A stretch of DNA of 64,000 nucleotides, taken from Octopus vulgaris (Eukaryota). Shown in pieces: positions 41,864-54,860 of this stretch. The notes beneath the pieces are model-generated. The model was not told the DNA's origin, searched no databases, and saw only the letters and a program-made list of their open reading frames with translations. The stretch is from positions 58,280,001 through 58,344,000 of the forward strand of contig OX597826.1 in the NCBI GenBank assembly GCA_951406725.2. Direction: 5' to 3'. A program made the translations under genes and the position numbers. The number at the start of each line of letters is the position of its first letter. Within the stretch, counting starts at the first letter, position 1.

Positions 41864-42203
41864 TTCTTACTCTTTTACTTATTTCAGTCATTTGACTGCG
41901 TCCATGCTGGAGCACAGCCTTTCAGTCGAGCAAATCAACCCCAAGACTTATTCTTTGTAAGCCTAGTACTTATTCTATCAGTCTCTTTTGCCGAACCGCT
42001 AATTTACGGGGACGTAAACACACTAGCATCGGTTGTCAAGCGATGTTGGGGGGACAAACACAGACACACAAACACACACACACATATATATATATACATA
42101 TATACGACGAGCTTCTTTCAGTTTCCGTCTACCAAATCCATAGTAGAAGACACTTGCCCAAGGTGACATGCAGTGGGACTGAACCCGAAACCATGTGGCT
42201 TGT
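41864..42203 (-). mobile_element. SINE family A with an internal deletion
   Basis: Matches the family but lacks the ctcacaaggctttggtcggcccgaggc segment. Confidence 0.85.
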
Positions 42204-42213
42204 AGCCAAATAA

Positions 42214-42308
42214 ACACACGCACTATGTATTCGTTCTTCTAATCGACATAACATAAAATATGAATAATAATAATAAACGAGTGAAGAACGAATATACAGA
42301 GCGTGTGT
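42214..42308. repeat. Short inverted repeat or small MITE
   Basis: acacacgcactatgtattcgttcttc ... gaagaacgaatatacagagcgtgtgt. Confidence 0.65.
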
Positions 42309-42329
42309 CTAATCCCGAAATATAACGAT

Positions 42330-42780
42330 ATCTTTTATCTTTGTCTTGTTTCTGTCATTGGTCTGTGGCCATGCTGGAGCACCGCTTTGAAGAATTTTAG
42401 TCGAATGAATCGACCCCAGTACATTTTTTAAGCCTGGCACTTAATTCATCGATTACTTAGGCCGAACCGCTAAGTTACGGATACGTAAACACACTTACAT
42501 CGGCTGTCACCGGTGGTGGAGGTAGTGGGGACAAATGCAGACAGAAGAACACACATATACGCACGCATAAAAACACACACAGTCACACATATACACGCGC
42601 GCGCACACACACACACGACGGGCTTTTTTCAATTTCCGTATACCAAATCTACTCACAAGGTCTTGGTCAGCCAGAGGGTAGAGTGGAAGAGACTCTCTCA
42701 AAATGCCAACGCAATGAGAAACGAACCCGGATCCATGTGGTTGGGAAGCATATTTCTTTCCACACAGTCGCTCTTGTGCC
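42330..42780 (-). mobile_element. SINE family A, more diverged
   Basis: ggccatgctggagcaccgc...gccgaaccgctaagttacgg...acgggcttttttcaatttccgtataccaaatc. Confidence 0.8.
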
Positions 42781-42906
42781 TTTTATAATAAAGTAAAAAA
42801 ATAAATAAATAAAAGTTTATATTCGCAACTGAGATGCTCACTAAATTGCTGCTATGCCATTAGTTAGTACCATACAACAGCAACAACAACAACAACAACA
42901 ACAACA

Positions 42907-42967
<61 letters not shown>

Positions 42968-42990
42968 TTTCTACTACTACTACTACTACA

Positions 42991-43036
<46 letters not shown>

Positions 43037-44339
43037 TTAACAACAACAACAATAATAATATGCTGCTGCTGCCGCTGCTAATTTCGATCGCAGTGTCCAT
43101 GTTATTGACCTGGTCGTTTAGACTCAGGTTGTCTCAAATCGGACAGACTTGTAAAATTTTCCGCCATCGCGATCGTCCATTTTGTATTCGTTTTATTTCA
43201 GACGCAGTTGCACCTAAGATTCAATTATAAAAACATGATATTAACAAGACTACGGTGCTATTTTCAGCAGGTCGAGTGACCAGGTAGAGGCTTCCTCTTT
43301 ATCCTGTTGTCCCTTATATTGTCCTGTTGCCCCTAATAAATGCAGTCTCACTCTGTCTAATTTTCTCTGTCTCCAAATTATCCATTGCCACGCTTTTCTC
43401 CCGCTCTCTGTCGGCATACTATTTCCATTCATATGGACAAGAGAAAATGGACCAATATTTATTTTCTGTTTCACATACACACACATATATATCCATGCAC
43501 CCAAAGAATCACAGACACACATGCTTGTGTGTGCGTTTGTTTTTTGTCCCTTTGTGTGTGTGTGTGTGTAGGAAAGAAAGAGAGAGAGAGAGAGACTGAT
43601 AGTTAATCGTACCTGTGAATAAAATTACTTGATTCAGTATCATTGTATGGAGAGAGTTCATTATTGTTTAAAATTATTTTATCCCATTGACGTATAAATT
43701 TGTATACATATCCGTGTATCTGTACATGTGTATGTGTATATTTTTATGTATGCATGTATGCATGTATGTATGTATGTATGTATGCATGTATGTATGTATG
43801 CATGTATGTATGCATGTATGTATGTATGCATGCATGTATTGTATTATGTATATATACATACATGCATATATATAGTTATTTACAAATACACACACACACA
43901 TATCTATACATATATATATGCATACACATATATATACACATATATATGCATACACACACACACACACACACATATGCATACACACATCCCAAATTGTTTT
44001 CCCAAAAAGAAATTTAACTGGTTGTTTATCTTTGTTTCCATCTATACACACACGGATACACATACGCAAGCACGAACACACAGACGGACACACACACAAG
44101 CACACACACACACACACAGACGGACACACAGATACAAGCACACATTTAGACACACGCACATTTACACATACGCTCACGCACACGCGCGCATACACAAACA
44201 CAGGCGCACACGCAGACATACGTTAATACACAGCAAATTTGCATTCAAACGTAATATTTTAACCATGATTGACTTACAAACTTTTTTTACTTTCCATAAC
44301 TCTCTTAATGCTTAGAAAGGTAAAAAAAAAATAGGATTT

Positions 44340-44800
44340 TCAGCTGTCTCTATAGCAACAGAAATGGCGGTAACGATGGCTACAGAAAGCGTGGGGAGCG
44401 GTAGTGTAGCCGGCGGCAGCGGCGGCAACAAAGTCGGTGGCGTTGTCGGAGACAGTCGTGCTTAGTGTTAGTTTCGTATGGAGCTGTCTGTAAGATGGCG
44501 CTACCATCGAAATAGTACATACAGCAGAACTGAAAATTCGCGCGGTAAAGAAGAAACGGAGAAGAAATAAGCGTGGGAAAATAGAGATATTGTTGTTGTT
44601 GTTGATATTGATGTGGTTCTTGCTGTTGTTTGTCATGGTGGCAGTAGCGGCGGTAGTGTTAGTGTTTCTGGAGTTGATGTTGGTGGTGGTGATAGTAACG
44701 GTGGTGATGGTGACGGTACAGGTGATGGTCGTCGTGGTGGCGGAAGATGGTAGTCTCCCCCCACACACGCCCAACACGTAAATCGCATACTCTCAGCTGT
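44340..44800. promoter_or_regulatory. GC/CpG-enriched unique island with X-box-like and YY1-like motifs
   Basis: GTCTCTATAGCAAC 44346-44359, AAATGGCGG 44362, AAGATGGCG 44491, and many CpGs compared with the surroundings. Confidence 0.35.
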
Positions 44801-45225
44801 TACAAGAAAGTAATATGGAGGCTTTTGTTTTGTAAAATCTAGAAATAAATAAATAAATAAATCAACAAACAAATAAATAAATAAATAAATAGATAAATAA
44901 ATAAATACACAGGCAAGGAGAAAAATAATAATATACAAAAAAACCCCCCCAAAAAAACAACAACTCAGAACCTCATTATGTTTCGAAAAGTTTATCGTTA
45001 TTCAAAGCTTTAGCGAAAATGATTTTTCACCACCTGGTGCTAATATTTCTACAGCAGTTATCGATCCTACTCCTCTTCTCCCTCCTTCTCTTCTTCTTCC
45101 TCCTCCTCCTCCTGCACATCATGATCATCATCGCCATCGTCATCAATAACAACGACAATAATGTTAATAACAGTAATAACAGTAATAACACTCATCATCA
45201 TCATCATCATCATCATCATCGTCAT

Positions 45226-45293
<68 letters not shown>

Positions 45294-46513
45294 CCATTAT
45301 CATCGTCATCAACATCATCGTCAGTAACGTTCTCATGGTGGTCGTCATTATCACAGCATCATCATCGCCATCATCATCATCATCGTCACATCATCATCAT
45401 CATCATATTCATCAGCATCATCGATTAGGTCATTGTCGTCATCATCGTCACCACCACCACCATCCTTATCTTCGTTGCTACCGTCGTCTTCTTTATTTGT
45501 TCATGTTTACTATAGTCTATCCACTTATCGATCATTTAGGGGAAGAAAAAAAACCCGACACGATTCGTCTTCATCCATCCATACACTATATTCATTATTT
45601 CGCTTTTTTCTTCTTCTTTTTTAACCTACTTCCTCTTCTTCTCGGCTGCATTCTCCTTTACAATCTTACTTTCGACACTCTTTGGTCCAAATATATGCAT
45701 ATGTATACGTCTATATCTCTCTATCTCTCTGCGTGTGTGTGTGTATGCATGCATCTCCTAGGAGGTCTATCTTTCATACAATCTTCCTTTTCATCGCCTT
45801 CCAATATCTCCACGCCGCTGCCCGCCCTACCCACCCCCACCACCTTCTAGTTCCCTTTCAGCCATTTAAGCAAACACTCAGCACGGTAAGAAACTGCAAC
45901 AGTTGTAACTCCCACTCCCTTCCATTACCACCTCAGAACCTAACTTTGCATATATTATTGACTTCTTTAACCATCAAATTCCTTCGTTATTTCGTTACCA
46001 TTCTTCATCATTTACTTTCCAGTATTTCTTTGAATGTATTTATGTATGTATCTCCGTTAGAATATATGCATGTATGTACGTATGCATCTATGCGTGCACA
46101 TAATTGCATATATATTTCTGTAAGCAGGCATGCATATATGCTTACATGTATGTTCGCAAGCTTGCTTGCATGTATCTGTCTATACATACATACATACATA
46201 CATACATACATAAATACATACATACATACATACATATATACATACATACTTATATAATACATACACACATGCATAATACATACATACCCACATACATAAT
46301 ACATACATACATACATACATAATACATACATACATACATAATACATACATACATACATACATACATACGTACGTACGTACATACATACATACATACGTTT
46401 TACAAGTTCATCTGTCTATCCGTGAATCTGTCTGTCTGTCTTTTTGTCTATCTAGCAATATGCTTTTTGCATAACTCGTTTTCTACATACATACATAAAT
46501 ATATAAATATTTG

Positions 46514-46588
<75 letters not shown>

Positions 46589-47874
46589 ATATATTTATAT
46601 ATATCATATCTATATATATATAAAATATATAAATACATATATAAATGGCGGTGCCCCAGTATGGCCACAGCTCGTGAGCTGAAACTAGATAAAATTAAAA
46701 ATATATATATATTTATATCTATATATGCATATATATGTATATTCACATTCCCCCTACACACTCGCACATAGGCACACACACATCAGTACTTACGCACATA
46801 TATTCCAACGTTTATCTATTAATCTCTATCTATAAACCTTCCATGTTACGTTTTACTAAATCTTGTCATTTTTTTTTATTCCGCATTACTTCTGTATTCT
46901 TTTTTTTTTCTGTCTAAATATTTCATAATCTCCCATTCTCTCTATACGTCGAATAATTTTTTCCCGTCTCTTGGAGTTGTCTGCCCTTAGGGACACTCTT
47001 CTTTTCCTATATATATCAATCGGTTTATATGAAGGTAAAACGAAAGTCGGTAGACGTAGACGTAATACATACTTATTAATTCATATTTGTATATGTATAC
47101 GTTTATGTACCTAGTCTACTCTCTGTATAATATATATCTAATCTCTCTCTCTCTCTCCCACTTTCTATATACATACATACATACATACATACATACATAC
47201 ATACATACATACATACATCCGTGCTTCTATATTATAATAAACAAAAAGGCCTATTAATTAGTTTGGAATACGTTACTTTTACTATAAGAAAGTACTTATT
47301 GAAGTCTACACTATCTAGAAAATTCGTTGAAGTTGTAATCTTAATGTATTTTTTTATTTTGAAGATTTTAACAACAGAAAACTAATTTGAATTCACCGCG
47401 AGAAAGCAGCGTATTTAGACTGTGAAATAACGTTCAATCATTGTCTTTCTCTCTCTCCTCTTTCTCTTCCTCGCCTGTACTTACGGCTATAACATGGAAT
47501 CTGTTATATATTTTCCATAGTTAATTCCTTTACTGAGATCACTGTTCGTGTTAACGTAATTCATATGTTTCAGGGAAATAAAAAAATATATATATATATC
47601 GTTTCTCATCTCAGTACATCTTCAATTGTATATTTACTTCGGTTATTAATCTTAAAATATACAAATATATATTTTAAGGGAAAAGTAATGCAGAGCAAAT
47701 TATAAGTTATACAATCGTTTATGTTAAAACCTACAGTAAAAATTCAAACCTGATTTTTTTCCTCCAATACTTTCTAGTTATGCATTCCAATTCTCTGTCA
47801 TGCGAAGTTACGAAATCTTATGGTAAGTATACGTAAGCACTTTTACGTGGCTAAATTAAAAATGGGTTCAATTT

Positions 47875-48000
47875 TTTAGCACAAGGCCAGCAATTTCGAT
47901 GGAGGAGGTAAGTCGATTACTTCGATCCCAGTACTCAGCTGGTACTTATTTCACTGACCCCAAAAGGGATGAAAGGCAAAGTCGACCACTGCGGAATTAG
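47875..48000 (-). mobile_element. SINE family B partial
   Basis: gcacaaggccagcaatttc...ggtacttattt...gatgaaaggcaaagtcgacc. Confidence 0.7.
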
Positions 48001-48054
48001 TAGATAAAATGAACAATATAAGATGAACAGCGTTTATGCACGTGTATTTGCATA

Positions 48055-48102
<48 letters not shown>

Positions 48103-48420
48103 CGCATTCATATATCAGGACATTTCCTTACGCGACATGCGCAGTAGCCACCTATGTTATATGTACATAAATACCATAAAAATTTAATATTTGAAAGTAT
48201 GTTGTTGTTTAGTGTTTATAATTTAGATGCCTAGGCTAATATTGATGTTTGTATATATTCATTTGTGTGTGTGTGTGTGTGTTAGTGTATGTGCGTGTGT
48301 CTATACACACATACATACATACATACATACATACATACATACATACATACCGTACATACATACATACATACATACATACATACATACATACATACATACA
48401 TACATACATACATACATACA

Positions 48421-48675
48421 TGCCTATGCTGAACTATTGAGGAATCTACAGCTACTCTATCCAGAAAATAATTTCAGGTTTATACCTGTAATAATTGGGG
48501 AAGAAAGGAGAAAGCTGATTCGATGACTACAGATCCAAGCCATCACTGGCACAGTTAAAATCTGTGAGCCTTTCCAGAAGTTTGTCATTTAAGTATATAT
48601 GAGCATGTCTAGACATTTATGTAAGCGGGTATGTATGCATGTATGTTCGCAAGCTTGCTCGCACGTACCTATCTA
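48421..48675 (+). mobile_element. 3' fragment of a restriction-like-endonuclease non-LTR element embedded in (TACA)n
   Basis: YAELLRNLQLLYPENNFRFIPVIIG...RKLIR*LQIQAITGTVKICEPFQKFVI*, with (TACA)n on both sides. Confidence 0.6.
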
Positions 48676-48874
48676 TACATACATACATACATACATACAT
48701 ACATACATACATACATACATACATACATACATACATACATACATACGGTTTACAATTTCATGCATGAGAATACATATATAAAACAAAACATACAAATCAG
48801 CACATATACATACTTGCACATATACATGCTTAAATACATACATACATACATACATACATACATACATACATACA

Positions 48875-48906
<32 letters not shown>

Positions 48907-49237
48907 AATAAAAATACCTTGTTGATGTCGAAATTCCAATGAAGGAGCTTTGGATCTAGTTTCGAAACAGGCTCTTTCTTTATTAGCAAGACATACATAC
49001 ATACATACATACATACATACATACATACATACACAAGAAATCAATCAACTGATTACAAATACAGTCTGTAAGAGGAACAGTAAAACTATGCAAGACTTTA
49101 CTCAGGTTTAAAATGTGACATTGTTTTCGTTATCTATATTCCAAAGATGGAGCTTTGTATTTTTATAAGAAACCAGATTTCTTCACAGGAAGAATTTAAG
49201 GGATAAAATATTGAACAGACAAACATACATACGTACT

Positions 49238-49300
<63 letters not shown>

Positions 49301-49325
49301 GCCTGTCAGTCTGTCTGTCTATTCA

Positions 49326-49419
<94 letters not shown>

Positions 49420-49426
49420 ATTCTGC

Positions 49427-49494
<68 letters not shown>

Positions 49495-50082
49495 TTCTCT
49501 CTATATATAGATTTATGTAATATATATATCCACACACACACGCAGGCGCGCACACACACACATACACACACACACACATATATATATATATAGCATATGT
49601 ATAACATATCACACACGCACACACATGCACACACACACACACACACACGCACGCACATACTCATACTCATATAATGTATTCATATTAAGACCGGTGTGAA
49701 AAATAAAATATCTATAAAAACCAAGGAGTGTCCCAGACTTTGCTTTCCATATTCTCATCAACGAACGAACATCTCGTTGGATATTTTAGATTTCACATTT
49801 TTTGTCGTGTTATCTCTATATTCTACCTTTATATACATTTTTCATCCCATCGGCCTCTCTGCTTTTAACCATTCCTTTACGTATTTATCTATTTATTTTT
49901 GCATTTATTTATTATTGGAACAAGTCCAAAATATTCCCAGAGGTTTTCTTCAGAGTTTTATATGGCAAAACAGTAGTACCCAGCCATTCATACACGTTCT
50001 TTTGTTTAATTCTTTTTTAAAAACTTTTTTCTTTTTTTTTTTTATTTATTTGCTATTTTTTTTTTAGCATTCATTTTGCATT

Positions 50083-50113
<31 letters not shown>

Positions 50114-50265
50114 TTCATTTGCTGAAATATTCGTTTTTTTTGTTTTTTTTTTGCGTTGCTGTGAGGGGAAAAAAATCTTTAGGGTCCACTGGATTCTGAA
50201 TCCTCAAATATTCTACCCCTTTTTTATTCGGATTGATCGAAATCAAACGATAATAAGGATAACTG

Positions 50266-50323
<58 letters not shown>

Positions 50324-50350
50324 GATGATGATGTGGATAATACTGCTGCC

Positions 50351-50404
<54 letters not shown>

Positions 50405-51613
50405 GAAAATAATGATAGTAATATTAATAATGATAAAAAAACCACAATAGTAATAATAATGAGGATAATAATATTCATAAAAATAAAAGTCATTAGTATT
50501 AATATTATTATCATAATTATCATTGTGATGATGATGATAATGATGATAATGATGGTGATAATCGTGATGATCATGGGAATGTTAATAATGATACTAATGA
50601 TGATGATGACGGTGGTGGTGGTGGTAGTGATGGTGGTAGTGGTGGTGGTAGTGGTAGAGGTGGTGGTGGTGGTGGTGGTGATGGTGATGATGATGGTTGT
50701 GTTGATAATGGACAACCACAAAGATAACAATAACTACAACAACAGCAACAAAAAAACAACAATAGCAAGATATCTCCAAGGAAGTCATTTGCGCTAAGGG
50801 GCGGAAGCTATGACTCACTTCCGTCTTGTGGCTTATTCTCTCTCTCCTTTTTTTCTCTCCTTTATCTCTTCCTTCTTCTCTCCCTTGTCGTCTATCTCAC
50901 TCACCCCTCACTCTCACCTCTCTACTTCCACAAACCATCCATCCATCCATCCGTCCATCCATCCGTCCACGTATCCATCTATCCCGTCAGCTATACAGCT
51001 CAAATAATATCAGTCATAACTTATTGTCATGTGGAGTTGTCTCCCCTCACACTCAGTCTCTCTCTCTCTCTCTCTCTCTCTCTTCCCCTCTCTCTCTACC
51101 CCTCACCCTCTCTCTATTACTCTATCTCTAGCTCCTTTTTCTCACACCAACGTCAGGAAAAAATGTTGTGAGATTTTATCCTCGCATTTGTTTCACTAAG
51201 ATATACGACAAGATCAATTAGTTTTCGTTAGTACTGAGATAGGTTTTTAGTGTATCAAACAGTGCCGACATAGGTTCGAAACCAACATCAATCTCCTGGA
51301 TTTACTTATTCTGCTTTTTTTTTATACCCCATATGTGCTACCGACATAAGGAACTGGTAAGGTCAGACTGTCTTGACTTCTCATAAAGATATAAAAATAA
51401 GAAAGAAATCTCTTACAAGAGATATTCATTGCTGTTCCAACCATACATTCATTGCTACAGGAAGTTCCTATCAAAGAAATATAACACACACACACACGTA
51501 CGTACATAAATATATATATATACATATATATACACATATATATATATAAATATGTATATATATATATATATATACATACGTATACATATAGTGGTGATAT
51601 GTATGTGTATGAG

Positions 51614-51664
<51 letters not shown>

Positions 51665-51677
51665 TAGATATATAGAC

Positions 51678-51709
<32 letters not shown>

Positions 51710-51953
51710 GGAGAGGGAGAAACAGACAGACAGACTGACAGATATATATATATATATATATAGATAGATAGATAGATAGATAGATAGAAGAATACAAGAC
51801 AACGTTGTTGCTACGCTACATTATATAATAATGAAATTCGACATGCGTTTTAAAAGGCTGGGTGATCACGGCTGGAATGTTTTTGACCATAATTCCGCCT
51901 GATTGGAAATGCTCAGCGGTTATACAACTATGATAAACAAGAAAGTACTTAAT

Positions 51954-52489
<536 letters not shown>

Positions 52490-53043
52490 GCCCTGATGCA
52501 GTACCAGGCAGTGGCTCTCATGGCTTCTGATCTTAACTGATTGGAAGTGTTATCATGTACATTGTTTTGTCTTGGTATAAAAGATGGGCTACAGCAAATA
52601 TTCTGCTCAATACCACAGATTTGCTTGTCAGTTGTTTGACTTTAACCAGTTGAGCATGTTCCTTAGTGGCTGACGATATGTGCATCTCTGATCACGAGCA
52701 GAAGTAGTGGGGGAGCATCATAGCCATGTGTTGAGAGGGATTCTTTGGGGTTTGAATAATTCACCTCCGGAAACATGGGTGGTTCCTTCAACATCCTTAA
52801 ACAACCTTTATTCAGGGACCTTTTGAGCGGGATGGGCTACTCAACCTCAAGAAAATTCTAACTGGGCCCCACCTGTAAGGTCATGTGCTGTTTATCTTGA
52901 TATGAGATCACCATGTCGCACACATATGGTTGTGATGCATTTGCCTGGTGTACCCTTATCAGACGGGTAGTCATGATGGGTATATTGGGCTTCGTATATT
53001 TTACCCCAGTGTCACTTTGATGGCATGAACTGCTCTCTCACTC
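52490..53043 (+). mobile_element. Family D element, longest copy (~555 bp)
   Basis: gccctgatgcagtaccaggcagtggctctc...tgctctctcactc-(AAT)n. Confidence 0.85.
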
Positions 53044-53069
53044 AATAATAATAATAATAATAGTAATTG

Positions 53070-53117
<48 letters not shown>

Positions 53118-53143
53118 AGCTGCTGCTGCTGCTGCTGCTGCTG

Positions 53144-53201
<58 letters not shown>

Positions 53202-53537
53202 AACTACTGTTGCTGCTGCTGCTGCTTCTGCTACTACTACCAGTTTGGTTTTAGAGAATCTTTTATTCTGGAGGTTATCTCCATTTCTGATTTGGAGTTA
53301 GTGTCAATTGCGACCGTGCGATTATTTACCATCAATGGAAGCGGTGAGAGTTTTTAATAAGCGAAGAATTAATCTTGTACGTTATTAAATATTTCCTTAT
53401 TCATCGCTATCAAGTTGATCAACGAGCTGGAAATAGAAGCTAACTTTACTTCTAATCGTACACGACCGTCAGATGAACTGTGTGATGTAATACTAAAGAC
53501 ACTCTGTTCTATATTTAAGAGATGAGGAATTACGTAC

Positions 53538-53732
53538 GTTATTTACATTTGACGGATATTTCTCCTCATCTTGTTTGTTGTTAACACAACGTTTCGGCTG
53601 ATATACCCTCCAGCCTTCATCATATGTCTTGGGGAAAATTTCGAACCTTATTTCTCAGTCCTAAGGTATGGCAAAGTGGTTAAGAGCGAGGGCTACTGAC
53701 CCCAAGATTCCGAGTTCGATTCAAGGCAGTGA

Positions 53733-53804
<72 letters not shown>

Positions 53805-53858
53805 TAACAACAACAATAATAATAATGATAATAATGATAATAATAATAATTACAATAA

Positions 53859-53889
<31 letters not shown>

Positions 53890-54066
53890 AATAATAATTA
53901 TGATGATGACGGTGATGATGATGATGACGACATCGAAAAATACCTTAGGAATGAGAACCCAGGTTCGAAATTTCTCCAAGACATCTGATAAAGGCTGGAG
54001 GATATATCAACCGAAACAACAAACAAGATGGCAAATACCCGTCAAATGTAAATAATGTAAATAATG
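53538..54066 (+). mobile_element. tRNA-headed short element bracketed by inverted Penelope-like ends
   Basis: Arms 53538-53669 and 53940-54066 are reverse complements, each with a hammerhead-like TGAT(G/A)A-aggctg...ca(g/a)cc-GAAAC. Between them: A-box TGGCAAAGTGG, B-box GTTCGATTC and (AAT)n. Confidence 0.7.
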
Positions 54067-54684
54067 CAAAAACATCCTGCTTCAAAAAATCTAAGATGAG
54101 ATGCCCAAAGTTAAAACGTCTTTTCACTTACTGTCTTTAATCAGCATAGGTTTTGGGCTAAGAAGTTATAGAAGTGAAATGATTTTAAATTTTATATTTT
54201 CGTTAATTTTCACTGCATACGATGCGATTCAAAAATCCATTTAGTACTTCTATAGTACAAAAAAAATTTCATTCAAGAATTTCGTTGCAATTTTAGTATT
54301 TCTTTCCTGGTTATTACTTGTCGTAGTTGACTGTAGAAGATTCCTTGTTTAGTCAGTTTGGAGGATGCTGGCACCGATTATAATAAGAGAAAAAGAACGA
54401 AAGATGGTTGCATGTAGGATAGGAGGGGCAGAAGAAAGAGCTTAGAACCTCTTGCTTGTAACAGATCAAGGCAGGGGAGTTAAGCTGGAAGCCAAGAAGA
54501 AAGTGATTTGGCCGCCACTGCCGATCCAGCAACGGAAAGGTGTTAAAGTTCAGGGTCGAAACATCCGGTGATGGTTGGATACCTGATGGTATCTGTTCCT
54601 CCTGGTTAAAGCGATATTCGCCAAAGACGAATGAAAGAAGAAGCATCTTCTTTTAGATGTTATCAATATAATTGACAATACTAA

Positions 54685-54860
54685 GACGGAGAGCTGGCAG
54701 AATCGTTAGCACACCGGGAAAATGCTTAGCAGCTTTTCGTACGTCTGTACATTCTGTGTTCAAATTCTATTGAGTTGAATGCAGTTGATAAGCAACTGGG
54801 GTCGCTGTAATCGGCTATCCTTCTCCCTCGAAATTGCTGGCCTTGTGCCAAAATTTGAAG
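54685..54860 (+). mobile_element. SINE family B with an internal deletion
   Basis: gagctggcagaatcgttagcacaccgggaaaatgcttagc...aaattgctggccttgtgccaaaatttgaa. Confidence 0.75.

Noticed and set aside
44340-44777. 145-aa minus-strand ORF
   Set aside because: Low-complexity T/N/A runs, non-ATG start and no recognisable domain.
48930-49190. Two weak hammerhead/Penelope-like remnants (ccaatgaaggagc...gaaac; ccaaagatggagc...gaaacc)
   Set aside because: The cores are too degenerate to call.
54353-54650. Purine-rich segment possibly from a LINE ORF1
   Set aside because: No diagnostic motif recognisable in any frame.
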